28,411 bases of DNA from Candidatus Thorarchaeota archaeon (GCA_016839445.1 JAEOUG010000004.1:1-28411); one strand, 5' to 3'; positions 7,881-17,250 are shown, numbered from the stretch's first letter. The notes: generated by a model from the sequence alone, not told the origin. Made by a program: numbers and translations.

Positions 7881-9242
7881 CTAACGTACCTCCATAGCGT
7901 TCCCACATCCCATCCTGAGAAATTCTCCGTGACCTGCCTTGCCTGTCACTTGTCCTTCTCCGAACACCTGAGTGCCTCTCACGAAAGTTGCCTCTGGCAC
8001 CCCCTTCATGGTCATTCCCTCATAGAGAGTCCATCCGCACTTCGACAACATCATCTCCGGGCCGATTTTCTCCTCTCTGTGCTGGTCCACGATGACCAGG
8101 TCCGCATCCGCCCCAATCCTGATTGTGCCCTTGCGAGGGTACAGGCCGAAGATTCTAGCTGGGTTCCTTGAGGTGACACGAAGGAGTCTGGACAGGGAGA
8201 GCCTTCCCTTGCTGATACCTTCTGAGAGGAGAACCCTTAGAATCATCTGGATGCCATCTACACCTGACCAAGCTACTCGGATGTCATCATTGCCTGTCTC
8301 TTTCTTCTCAGGAGGGCAGGGTGCGTGGTCGCTGACAGTTATGTCTATTGTTCCACGGAGGATTGCCGACCAGAGTGCTGATCGGTCTTGCTTGCTCCGG
8401 AGTGGTGGATTCATCTTGCTCTTGGGCCCTATCAGGTTCATCTCGTCTCTCTCCAGCACAAGATGATGTGGGCAGACCTCAGTTGTCACCATGGTTCCCT
8501 GAAGTTTCCCGCGCTCGACTTCCGAAACCCCCTCCTTTGTCGTGATGTGGGCGACGTGGAGATGACCTCCTGTGTTCTTGACAATGGACACCATCTGTCT
8601 TACTGCCAGTTCCTCTGCAAGGTTTGGTCTGGAGAGTGCATGACTGATTGGTGCATCCCAGTCTCCTCCGAGGCTCTTGCCAAACTCGTCTAGTATTCCT
8701 TGGTCCTCACAGTGAACCGTCAAGTGGCCTCCATATTCTGAGACCTCGCTCAGAGCCTTGGTGATTACACCATTGGTTGTCTGATATGGCTCACAGGTGA
8801 AGGCCTTGAACCCCGCAATCCCCTCTTCCACCATCGAGGGTATCATCTTGACGTTCTCTGAGTTCATCATGCCTGCATAGAAGGTGAAATCGACCAAGGA
8901 CATCTTATTGCCAGTCCGGATCTTCTCTTCAACAGCTGAGGGAGTGTCTACCTGGTTTGTGAGCGGCATGTCCACGATGGTGGTCACTCCGCCTGCTGCC
9001 GCAGCCATGCTCCCTGAGGTGAAGTCCTCGTGGTCGAGTCTGTTTGGATCATGAACGTGCGCGTGTCCGTCAATGAGCCCAGGAATGAGTAGCTTGGCTT
9101 CTGCATCGATGACGTTGTCCGCGACAGGCAGATGGCTATCCTTCGCTATCGCGCATATTCTACCATCCTCAACGGCGACTCCTCCGGTGACGATCCCGGA
9201 CTCAAGTAGCACCTTCGCGTTCTTGATGACAAGACTGACCAC
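7881..9242 (-). CDS. Cyclic amidohydrolase (dihydropyrimidinase/allantoinase/dihydroorotase family)
   Basis: PGLIDGHAH, AAAGGVTTIVDMP, carbamylated-Lys site GFKAF, HCED, HVAH, EVCPHHL, KMNPPLR, SDHAP. Confidence 0.88.
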   Translation of the reverse strand: MVSLVIKNAKVLLESGIVTGGVAVEDGRICAIAKDSHLPVADNVIDAEAKLLIPGLIDGHAHVHDPNRLDHEDFTSGSMAAAAGGVTTIVDMPLTNQVDTPSAVEEKIRTGNKMSLVDFTFYAGMMNSENVKMIPSMVEEGIAGFKAFTCEPYQTTNGVITKALSEVSEYGGHLTVHCEDQGILDEFGKSLGGDWDAPISHALSRPNLAEELAVRQMVSIVKNTGGHLHVAHITTKEGVSEVERGKLQGTMVTTEVCPHHLVLERDEMNLIGPKSKMNPPLRSKQDRSALWSAILRGTIDITVSDHAPCPPEKKETGNDDIRVAWSGVDGIQMILRVLLSEGISKGRLSLSRLLRVTSRNPARIFGLYPRKGTIRIGADADLVIVDQHREEKIGPEMMLSKCGWTLYEGMTMKGVPEATFVRGTQVFGEGQVTGKAGHGEFLRMGCGNAMEVR

Positions 9243-9245
9243 CGT

Positions 9246-9527
9246 TTAACCTCCTCCGACCGGCGGAAACATTGCGATTGCATCGCCGTCGTTCAGCACG
9301 GTTTCATATCCGTCGAGAAGCTCAATTCGCCTGCCGTTGACCATGCACGAAAAGAACTGCTTCAGGCGATTGGTCTTGGCGTCGATGACGGTATCAGTGA
9401 ACTTCTTCCCATATCTCTCAGAGAGGCCGTCAATAACCTGTCTGACCGTGTCCGCCTCCATCTCGATGCTTCTCACACCTGTGATTTCACGAATAGTGGC
9501 GAAGAACTTCACAGTCACTCTGGCCAA
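9246..9527 (-). CDS. moaD: MoaD/ThiS/SAMP ubiquitin-like sulfur carrier
   Basis: VTVKFFATIREITG...VNGR...DGDAIAMFPPVGGG*. TTG start at 9527, 5 nt after a GGTGA RBS; the track's N-terminal 44 aa overlap the divergent promoter region. Confidence 0.88.
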   Translation of the reverse strand: MARVTVKFFATIREITGVRSIEMEADTVRQVIDGLSERYGKKFTDTVIDAKTNRLKQFFSCMVNGRRIELLDGYETVLNDGDAIAMFPPVGGG

Positions 9528-9560
9528 GAGATTCACCAAGGTAGGCTGATGAGGCTCTGT

Positions 9561-9606
9561 GATTAAAACAGTTCCTTTGTGTCCGCTCCATGCATAGGAG
9601 TTATAG
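9561..9606. promoter_or_regulatory. Divergent promoter region (moaD operon / pfkB)
   Basis: TTTTAATC on minus (9561-9568) ~34 nt before the moaD start; GTTATAG on plus (9600-9606) ~30 nt before ATG 9636. Confidence 0.4.
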
Positions 9607-9635
9607 GTTGGCTGATATGTGTCGGTCCGAAGTCG

Positions 9636-10526
9636 ATGGAACTCATTGTTGTCGGACACCTGAGCAGAGACCTCATCATCACGCCTGATGCGCGACGTGA
9701 GACCCTTGGCGGATCCGCTGCGTATGCGATGATTGCACCAAGTATCGGTGCTCTCGGCGCAGGCATTGTGTCAAAGGTCGGTGCGGATTTCGAGCATCAC
9801 TATTTGGCCACACTCGAGAAGGCCGGTCTGGACTTGACAGGCCTGCATGTTGAAGGTCTTCACTCTACACGGTTCGTGAACATCTATGATGAGAGCGGAG
9901 AGAGAACGCAACGAGTTGAGGCTGTTGCTGCACCCATCCGCCCAGATGACTTCTCCGATGCACATCTTGAATCGACTATCGTTCACTTCTCACCCCTCAC
10001 AGGCGACGAGGTTGAAGTCCGTTGCATTGAAGAGGTCCGAACCAGCGGCGCATTGACCTCCTTGGATGTGCAGGGGTTTCTTCGGAAGGTAGGGGCGCAG
10101 GGGGACGTACTTCCCTGCTCTTGGGCCGATCGGGATGAGGTGTTGACGCTCGTTGATGTGGTCAAATTCCACGAGGATGAGCTCAGGGCTGCCTATTCCT
10201 ACGAGTCTGAGATCTCGGTGGCGAACGAAATCCTCGGCCTCGGACCGAGGGTAGTCTTAGTCACAAAGGACCGGCGTGGTTCAACAATATACACTCGCAA
10301 CTCACAGGTAGATATCCCTCTCATTCTTGCCCGAAGACAAGCAGACACAACTGGTTCAGGGGACATCTACGCGATTGCCTTTCTTCTTGAATACATGAGG
10401 ACCGCGGACGTGAAACGAGCAGGGCTCTTTGCAGCTACTTGTTCCTCCTTCAATGTCGAAACGGTGGGTCCGTATGGTATTCCAACGAGAGAGAGGGTGG
10501 AGGACCGGCTGAACAAGTACCTCTAG
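9636..10526 (+). CDS. PfkB/ribokinase-family carbohydrate or nucleoside kinase
   Basis: LIVVGHLSRD, LGGSAAY, SLDVQG, anion hole DTTGSGD. Start moved to ATG 9636. Confidence 0.88.
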   Translation: MELIVVGHLSRDLIITPDARRETLGGSAAYAMIAPSIGALGAGIVSKVGADFEHHYLATLEKAGLDLTGLHVEGLHSTRFVNIYDESGERTQRVEAVAAPIRPDDFSDAHLESTIVHFSPLTGDEVEVRCIEEVRTSGALTSLDVQGFLRKVGAQGDVLPCSWADRDEVLTLVDVVKFHEDELRAAYSYESEISVANEILGLGPRVVLVTKDRRGSTIYTRNSQVDIPLILARRQADTTGSGDIYAIAFLLEYMRTADVKRAGLFAATCSSFNVETVGPYGIPTRERVEDRLNKYL

Positions 10527-10571
10527 CAGAGGATAGAAGGTTTTTTCTTCTGGACAGTCGGCGGCGTAAAT

Positions 10572-11756
10572 ATGCTTGAAGATCTGGATGAGCTGATGGA
10601 TGAGTCTGGGATTGATGGTCTTTTGGCGTCAGGAAACGCCTTTGATGACCCAAACATCTTCTGGTTCACAGGATTCCGTTCTTCTGACAGTATCATCTAC
10701 CTGAAGAGCAAAAACGAAGAGGGCCTGATTGCCACTTCTCTGAACACACTAGCGAGAGTCGAGAAGGAGAGCTTCATCAAGAGAACTCATGACCTCTCTG
10801 ATATTCATCTCTCAATCCTCTCTGAAGGTCAACGCGTTGACAGGAACCGTGACAGGTTCTATAAGTCACTGCTGAAGGCCGAGTTCTCAGGAAAGACACT
10901 AGGTGTTCCCGATGAGTTTCCAGCTAGTCATCTGATGACACTACTTGACCTTGGTTATGATGTCAAGGCAGTACCTGAATTGGTAAGAAAGGCGAGGGGC
11001 ACAAAGAGCACAAGAGAGGTCAATATCATCAGGAAAGCCGGAAAGGCCACAGTCGCCGCTATGAATAGAGTGGTAGACGTGATACAGAATGCGTCGGTTA
11101 CCGAGAATCGTACGCTGGTGCACAGGGGCTTGCCCTTGACTGTAGGCCGAGTCAAGTTGATTCTTGAACAGGCGCTGCTGGAGAGCGATGCCGAGTCCGC
11201 AGAGGACGCCATAGTGGCTGTGGGTAGAAGGGGCTACGATTGGCACTACCTTGGAAGACCCTCTGACAGATTGCGGTCCGGCTTGCCCATCATAATGGAC
11301 GTGTTTCCAAGATTGAAGCGCGATCGATACGTCGCCGATGTCACCAGAACCATTGTGAAAGGGCAGCCCTCTCAGAAGGTCCAGAGGATGTTCGACGCAG
11401 TCCTTGATGCCCAGAACGCATCACTAGATGCTCTCACATCCGGAGCGCGCATAGACGATGTGAACCTGGCCTGCTTCGAGACCATGAAGAAGCACGGGTT
11501 CGATTCACGCAGATTGAACCCAGATGCAAGAGAGGGAATGACCCATGGCCTCGGTCATGGTATCGGACTTGAGGTTCATGAGGAACCAAGCATGTATGAG
11601 ATTGATGGGACATTCTCCGAGGGTCACGTGATGGCGATAGAGCCCGGAGTGTACCTGCGTTCGGTTGGCGGTGTGAGGGTAGAGAACGACTATCTTGTAT
11701 CAAATCGCAAGCCCCGGCTACTTACGCCTGGAATTGAGCAGGTCCTATACGTCTAA
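10572..11756 (+). CDS. M24 family Xaa-Pro aminopeptidase/prolidase
   Basis: Metal ligands intact: IMDVFPR, YVADVTRT, HGLGHGIGLEVHEEP, IEPG, RVEND. Confidence 0.9.
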   Translation: MLEDLDELMDESGIDGLLASGNAFDDPNIFWFTGFRSSDSIIYLKSKNEEGLIATSLNTLARVEKESFIKRTHDLSDIHLSILSEGQRVDRNRDRFYKSLLKAEFSGKTLGVPDEFPASHLMTLLDLGYDVKAVPELVRKARGTKSTREVNIIRKAGKATVAAMNRVVDVIQNASVTENRTLVHRGLPLTVGRVKLILEQALLESDAESAEDAIVAVGRRGYDWHYLGRPSDRLRSGLPIIMDVFPRLKRDRYVADVTRTIVKGQPSQKVQRMFDAVLDAQNASLDALTSGARIDDVNLACFETMKKHGFDSRRLNPDAREGMTHGLGHGIGLEVHEEPSMYEIDGTFSEGHVMAIEPGVYLRSVGGVRVENDYLVSNRKPRLLTPGIEQVLYV

Positions 11757-11761
11757 GGTGC

Positions 11762-12856
11762 TCAGGGGATACTCAGTGCATGGTATGGGCAGACTGAGAT
11801 GCACATCCCGCACGACTGACATCGTTCTGGGTCAATCTCGAAGTGGTTCTTCTTCTTGTCCACCGAGATTGCACTATAGACGCATGACTTCATGCATAGC
11901 GCACATCTCGTGCACTTCTCGAGGTCTATATGAGGTGTACCTGAGAGCGTCTTTGGGCTCTCGACATGCTTGAGTGCAATGCCACGAATGTCCTCCAGCG
12001 AGTCGTGACCATGTTCGTTCAGCCAATCTCTCGCCTCAGAGGCAATCTTACCATAGACGGCATCTCCTCCCAGGATTGCTGCGGTGCAGACCTGCACAGC
12101 TGATGCACCCACCATCATGTACTCGATTACGTCTTCTCCGCTCATTACGCCTCCGACGGCTATCACTGGTAGATCAACAGACTTCGCGATGTCGGCCACG
12201 CAACGCAGGGCTATGGGTTTGAGCGCAGCACCACTCATCCAACCCTCTCCAGCACTGCTTCCGAGCAGAGGCATGCCTGTTTCAATGTTGATTCTCAGAC
12301 ACGGACCGTAGGTGTTGATACCGACAATGCCATCCACATGGGGCTCAAGTGATTTCGCCACCTCTGCTACGTCCACCTTGGGACTCAGCTTGGCAAATAT
12401 GGGCACTTCTACAGCCTCTTTCAATGCCTTGGCAATCTCAACATGGCCCCCGACATAGTGTGTGCTAAACTCAATGGCATGAACTCCTGCCTCTTCAAGC
12501 CTGGGACCGATGGATGCGACGTCTTCAGGTGTGTAGCCCACACTAGCGATGAGCGGCAGTCCTGCGCTCAGCGCAATGGCGTACTCCCTTTCGAGCCATC
12601 TCTCAAGAGGAATCTCACTCCAAAGCTCTGCATTCAGCATTCCCTGTTTGGTGCCTAATACTCCGCTCTTGAGAGCGGCCATATTCGGATGCGGTATCTC
12701 CGCCGCTCTCACGCTCACAGTTTTCGCGACAAGGCCCCCTGCGCCACCTGCCGCGGCATTCAGGAGGGTCATACCGTCTCGTGAGGTTGGGCCTGCCGCA
12801 GTGAGTACTGGGTTCTTGAACCTCATGTCTTTGATGGATACCCGAAGATCAGCCAT
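11762..12856 (-). CDS. PreA-like dihydropyrimidine/dihydroorotate dehydrogenase family flavoprotein with C-terminal 2x[4Fe-4S] domain
   Basis: KNPVLTAAGP, VAKT, NAELWSE, AKLSP, GINT, SGAALKPIAL, VGGV, GASAVQVCT; C-terminal CTRCALC...C and CQSCGMCISVCP. Confidence 0.88.
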   Translation of the reverse strand: MADLRVSIKDMRFKNPVLTAAGPTSRDGMTLLNAAAGGAGGLVAKTVSVRAAEIPHPNMAALKSGVLGTKQGMLNAELWSEIPLERWLEREYAIALSAGLPLIASVGYTPEDVASIGPRLEEAGVHAIEFSTHYVGGHVEIAKALKEAVEVPIFAKLSPKVDVAEVAKSLEPHVDGIVGINTYGPCLRINIETGMPLLGSSAGEGWMSGAALKPIALRCVADIAKSVDLPVIAVGGVMSGEDVIEYMMVGASAVQVCTAAILGGDAVYGKIASEARDWLNEHGHDSLEDIRGIALKHVESPKTLSGTPHIDLEKCTRCALCMKSCVYSAISVDKKKNHFEIDPERCQSCGMCISVCPYHALSIP

Positions 12857-12904
12857 ATCTAGACAATCTACTATCGGACATGAAACTCTTTCGAACGGAT
12901 GGAA

Positions 12905-14731
12905 TTACTCATCCTGCTCCACTTCGACAGAGTCCGCAGGCTCTATGTCCTCGATGTCTATACCTGCCTTCTGGAGCCTTACTATTGAAGCCTCGTATGC
13001 CCGGAGGACGTCAGCCTTTGTTATGTAGCCCATCATGCGGCTTGGAGTATCTGGATCAACAATGACTGCATGACCCTCGTCCCGCTTCATCATGGCCTGA
13101 AGAGCGCTGTCCATTGTGCAAGAGGGTGCTAGGTGCAAGAAGTCTGGATTCATCAGGTCTATGACACGATAGACAATTCCCTCCCCTCTCGGCTTCTTGA
13201 ACAGGTCCTCTGCCAGTAGGATGCCGATGACATTCCCGTTATCGTCTACGACCGGGAATTTCGTGTGATGGGTCTCATCGATTATGCGGAAGACCTCGTC
13301 AGTTGTCATGCTCGGGCGTAGAACAGTGGGCTGCATGGTCATTATGTCTGATACCTTGACCGTCTTCAGCGCGCCGATGTGCAGACCCCTGCGTATGTGA
13401 ACACCTCTCCTGTAGAGCTTGAGGGTGTAGATACTCTGCTCTTCAATTATGGACGAAACAAGGTAGGACGCTGAGACTGCAATCATCAGGGGGAGTATCA
13501 TTGTGTAGTCAAGAGTCATCTCCATCAGCATGACTATGCATGTGATCGGAGCTCGCGCTGTGCCTGCGAATAGTGCTGCCATGCCCACAAGCGCAAACGC
13601 TCCCGTGAATGCGATTGGGTCACTGATCACTGTCGCTGGGACGAACATCACCACAACCGATCCTATTGCACCTCCGAGTCCAGCACCAATGAAGAGCGTA
13701 GGAGCGAAGACTCCTCCTGAGCCTCCCGAGCCAAGCGTGAACGATGTTGCGAAACCCTTCAGAAGAGAAATGGAAGCCAAGGCCGCCAGAGCGACTCCGC
13801 CTGCCAGTGATGCATTGATGAAGGAGTAACCACTGCCCATGATTGAGGGGAAGGGCGGCTCCCCTGGCTCGTAAACGCCAGTATACCCCAGAGAGCTCTC
13901 AAGCTGGATGGCCAAAACGCCAACAACACCTGTCAGCAGTGCACCTATCACCGGTATTGCATACTTCGACGTGCGGATTCTCTCGAAGAGGTCTTCAATG
14001 AAGTAGAAACCTCTCATCCAGACAACGCTAGCTATCCCCAAGGCAACACCGAGAACTAGGTAGAATACAAGTTCAATGGGATTGCCGAGTACAAAAGTGG
14101 GTGAGATGAATGATGGCTTGGGGCCGAGAATGAGCGTGGCAACTGCAGTTGCTACAACGGATGAGAGTATTACGGGGAGCAGCGCGAATCCTATGATAGT
14201 TCCTGCGACAATCTCGATTCCGAAGAGAGCGCCACCGAGAGGTGCATTGAAGGTGGCTGCAATGCCGGACGAGAGACCGCAGACCAGCAGCGTTCGTGTC
14301 TCAGTTCTTCCCAGATTGAGCTTCTCCGCCAGCGCCGAACCCAGACCCGCTCCGATTTGAGCAATTGGCCCCTCTCGGCCGCATGAGCCTCCTGATCCTA
14401 TGCTGAATGCCGAGGAAATCGCTTTGATCACAGGAACTCGCATACGGATTCGTCCACCCTCAAAGGTGTACGAGGCCATCACTTCAGGAACTCCGTGCCC
14501 CTTGGCCTCTGGGGCGTAGGTCACAACCATGAATGAGATGATGACGGCACCAAGGGCAGGTGTAATAATCCAGCCGTACGTTCCTAAGACATTCGGGATG
14601 ATGATGAAGACTGCTGACAGGAAGGTGATGAGCGCTCTGAAGGCCACAGCCGTCAGACCCGATACAATGCCAACTAGTGCCCCTAGGAAATAAAGCACCA
14701 GCCTGTCGAAGACCACGTTTCGCTCAGTCAT
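12905..14731 (-). CDS. CLC-family chloride channel/transporter with C-terminal CBS pair
   Basis: GHGVPE, GREGP, ATFNAPLGG, GGVFAP, SIY motifs and two CBS repeats. Start ATG 14731 chosen; track GTG 14764 is possible. Confidence 0.92.
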   Translation of the reverse strand: MTERNVVFDRLVLYFLGALVGIVSGLTAVAFRALITFLSAVFIIIPNVLGTYGWIITPALGAVIISFMVVTYAPEAKGHGVPEVMASYTFEGGRIRMRVPVIKAISSAFSIGSGGSCGREGPIAQIGAGLGSALAEKLNLGRTETRTLLVCGLSSGIAATFNAPLGGALFGIEIVAGTIIGFALLPVILSSVVATAVATLILGPKPSFISPTFVLGNPIELVFYLVLGVALGIASVVWMRGFYFIEDLFERIRTSKYAIPVIGALLTGVVGVLAIQLESSLGYTGVYEPGEPPFPSIMGSGYSFINASLAGGVALAALASISLLKGFATSFTLGSGGSGGVFAPTLFIGAGLGGAIGSVVVMFVPATVISDPIAFTGAFALVGMAALFAGTARAPITCIVMLMEMTLDYTMILPLMIAVSASYLVSSIIEEQSIYTLKLYRRGVHIRRGLHIGALKTVKVSDIMTMQPTVLRPSMTTDEVFRIIDETHHTKFPVVDDNGNVIGILLAEDLFKKPRGEGIVYRVIDLMNPDFLHLAPSCTMDSALQAMMKRDEGHAVIVDPDTPSRMMGYITKADVLRAYEASIVRLQKAGIDIEDIEPADSVEVEQDE

Positions 14732-14830
14732 GTCTGATTGCGCCTTCTGAAGTATGGAACACACGTAGGCGTTGTAGTCTGGGCCATGCCGGAGACCTCA
14801 CTTAAGGGTAGCGCAACTATTGGGCACAAA

Positions 14831-16762
14831 TCACTTCGCCAGCATGCCTCTCTTGGCCAAATCATCCGCGACGAAGTCTAGGCCAACTTCTCTCAGCTTT
14901 TCGTCCCTTGGATAACCAGTCTCTCTGTCGCACCCTCTGAAGTCGTAGTACTCGTCCAGCATCATGTCAAGATCTGGAAGCCCTCCCTTCGAAGGTCCAG
15001 TCGGCATTGGCTCAGAGAGCAGTCTTGGTGGTAGGGTCTCCTCCTTCCTGGTGACTCCCAGTCGATGGTTGTACGCTCGCCTCAGGTGGCTGATTCGTTC
15101 TCCCGCCTGCCTGACGAACTTGGGATCGGCCCATTCCTCCATACCTGTCAAGGGCGCTATCACATTGACAAAGGTGTCATAGTAGAACATTGGTGGCCAC
15201 ATGGTTCCATACTTGCAGATTACGGCCGAGTCCACAATTGAATACAGGTCTTCCATGTCCCAAATGAGTAGTCCCTTGTGTTCTGGTGACATTATGTCGA
15301 GAATGGCGTCTGCTTTGTCCTCGCCGAACCTACTTGCCGCCACCTCGGGGTAGCCCAGTTCCTCCACACAAGAGATGCTTCGGAGATGGTCGGCGCCTCT
15401 GACATTCGTTGCATAGGTGAGCCCCATGCTCTGGTGTGCACGCGGGTCTTGTCCAGACGCCTCGAGACCTTTGACGTGGACTGCATACCTCCACGCATCT
15501 CCTCCAATCTCCTCAGCGGCCTTCCTAGTACCCTTTGCGAGGAGAGCTCCGAAGCCATCCTTTCTGGCTATCTTCTCGACAAGCTCGGCCATCGCTTCCA
15601 CGTTGCCCCATGAGAGATCGAGTCCGTCAGTGTCCTTCGCTGTGAGGATTCCGCGTTCCCACAATTCCATGGCGAAGCTTATGGTCTTCCCACACGATAT
15701 CGTGTCAAGCCCTAGCAGATCACACCTCTTCCCTAGGTGGAAGACTGCCTCGATGTTGCTGTTCAGGCAGTTGGATCCGAACGCCATTATTGTCTCATAC
15801 TCGGGTCCACCAATCGGGTCTGTGGCATACTTCCCGTCCTTAACCCTGATGATGTACTTACAGCCCACCTCACAGCCGTAGCATGCCTCTTGGGCAATCC
15901 TGTACTTCTCCGCAATGAGTTCAGGACCAATGTCGTCCGCATGTTCGTAGTAACCAGTCCAATGGTTCTTTGTTGGCAACCTTCCTATCTCGTTGATGAT
16001 AGCTACCAGGTCTGTTGTACCATACTTGCGGAGTGATGCGAGGGAGTCCTTCCATAGTGGGTCCTTCAGCCGCTCCATCTCCACATCGTTGGCTGCCATG
16101 TACTTCTCGTAGTCGTGTATCTCGATACCCAAGGAGCCACTAGCGGCGATTGCTTTCACATTCTTTGAACCGAGAACTGCTCCCATGCCAGTCCTCCCTG
16201 CAGCTCGATAGAAGTCAACAATGATTGAGCCGTAGAGCACCTGATTCTCTCCGGCGGGGCCGATTGCTGCAGTCTTGATGTCGGGGTCTCTGTGCTCTTC
16301 GCGGATCATCAATGTAGTCTCGTTAGTTTCCTTACCCCAAATGTGCTCAGCATCGATAAGCTCTGCCTTCCCATCTCTCAGGAAGAGATACACTGGCTTC
16401 TCGGAGCGTCCGTTGAGCAGCACGAAATCAAAACCTGCGTACTTGATCTCCGGTCCTAGGAAGCCGCCCACATGGCTCTCCGCCCAGACGCCTGTCAATG
16501 GTCCTTTCGACGCAAACATCATCCTTCCCGATGGAGAGAACATTGCTCCTGTCAGAGGGCCGGTCCCAGCAATCAGGACATTCTCTGGGCTCAGTGGGTT
16601 CGTTTCAGGCCCTGTTCTATCCCAGAGAATCCTCGCAGACACTCCTGTTCCGCCTAGATACAGTCTGGCCCATTCCTTCTCGAGTTCCTTCTTGTGGACC
16701 TTCCCCTTCGTCAGGTCGACATCAAGGTAATACCCGGCATATCCTTTGTACGGAAACGTCAC
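14831..16762 (-). CDS. aor: Aldehyde:ferredoxin oxidoreductase (AOR/WOR) family, copy 2
   Basis: IGPAGENQV, AAGRTGMGAVLGSKNVKAI, CYGCEVGC, GPEYET, GLDTISCG, RGADH, LPPRL, YYDFRG. Confidence 0.92.
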   Translation of the reverse strand: MTFPYKGYAGYYLDVDLTKGKVHKKELEKEWARLYLGGTGVSARILWDRTGPETNPLSPENVLIAGTGPLTGAMFSPSGRMMFASKGPLTGVWAESHVGGFLGPEIKYAGFDFVLLNGRSEKPVYLFLRDGKAELIDAEHIWGKETNETTLMIREEHRDPDIKTAAIGPAGENQVLYGSIIVDFYRAAGRTGMGAVLGSKNVKAIAASGSLGIEIHDYEKYMAANDVEMERLKDPLWKDSLASLRKYGTTDLVAIINEIGRLPTKNHWTGYYEHADDIGPELIAEKYRIAQEACYGCEVGCKYIIRVKDGKYATDPIGGPEYETIMAFGSNCLNSNIEAVFHLGKRCDLLGLDTISCGKTISFAMELWERGILTAKDTDGLDLSWGNVEAMAELVEKIARKDGFGALLAKGTRKAAEEIGGDAWRYAVHVKGLEASGQDPRAHQSMGLTYATNVRGADHLRSISCVEELGYPEVAASRFGEDKADAILDIMSPEHKGLLIWDMEDLYSIVDSAVICKYGTMWPPMFYYDTFVNVIAPLTGMEEWADPKFVRQAGERISHLRRAYNHRLGVTRKEETLPPRLLSEPMPTGPSKGGLPDLDMMLDEYYDFRGCDRETGYPRDEKLREVGLDFVADDLAKRGMLAK

Positions 16763-17250
16763 TACTGACCCTCCTCTACAATCAACCCTTCCATTTGTGC
16801 TGGTATCTTCATGCCTGTCTTCCTCTTGGTATATCCGTCCTTCTTAGACTCGACCAAGGCGATGGCACCGTATTCACAGGCTCTTACGCACGCGGGCTCT
16901 CCATCACACAGATCACACTTCACAGCCTTTCTTGTTTGCGAATCAATCTCGATACCGCCAAACACACAGGCCGAAACGCAGTTGCCACATCCGATGCAGA
17001 CCTCTGGAATCACACTCAATACGCCGAACTCGCTAGTGACTATGGCATTGTTTGGACAAGCGTTCTGACACAGTGGGTCTTCGCACTGAAGACAGACCAT
17101 AGGCACAATCAGATTACGCGCCTCATCCTTCAGAATCTGGATTCGGGAACGTTTTGGGTTGATGGTCCTTGTCTTTGACAGGGAACAGGCCATCTCGCAG
17201 TTCCTGCATCCCGTGCAGCGTTCGACATCAATGGCAAGAAAGGGGCTCAT
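16762..17250 (-). CDS. 4Fe-4S ferredoxin-like small subunit (DmsB/AorA type), partner of AOR copy 2
   Basis: CTGCRNCEMAC, CLQCEDPLCQNACP, CIGCGNCVSAC, KCDLCDGEPACVRAC. AGGAG RBS; stop overlaps the AOR GTG start by 1 nt. Confidence 0.92.
   Translation of the reverse strand: MSPFLAIDVERCTGCRNCEMACSLSKTRTINPKRSRIQILKDEARNLIVPMVCLQCEDPLCQNACPNNAIVTSEFGVLSVIPEVCIGCGNCVSACVFGGIEIDSQTRKAVKCDLCDGEPACVRACEYGAIALVESKKDGYTKRKTGMKIPAQMEGLIVEEGQ

Noticed and set aside
9528-9659. N-terminal extensions of MoaD and PfkB in the ORF track
   Set aside because: They would overlap each other head to head; family similarity starts at 9527 (-) and 9636 (+), with TATA-like boxes in between.
10536-10550. GAAGGTTTTTTCTTC as a hairpin terminator
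   Set aside because: Only a 4-bp stem. It could be an archaeal T-tract terminator or the promoter of the M24 gene, and I cannot tell which.
14732-14830. Fluoride riboswitch upstream of the CLC gene
   Set aside because: I see no crcB-motif consensus (GGCGATG...TTCGCC...GCT.ATGAC), and the CLC has the GREGP motif rather than the fluoride-type signature. An Infernal/Rfam scan would settle it.
16498-17178. Long antisense ORFs (226 aa here; also 3576-4160, 2272-2766, 2791-3303, 12549-13028, 15417-15881)
   Set aside because: They shadow well-supported genes on the other strand and carry no recognisable motifs.
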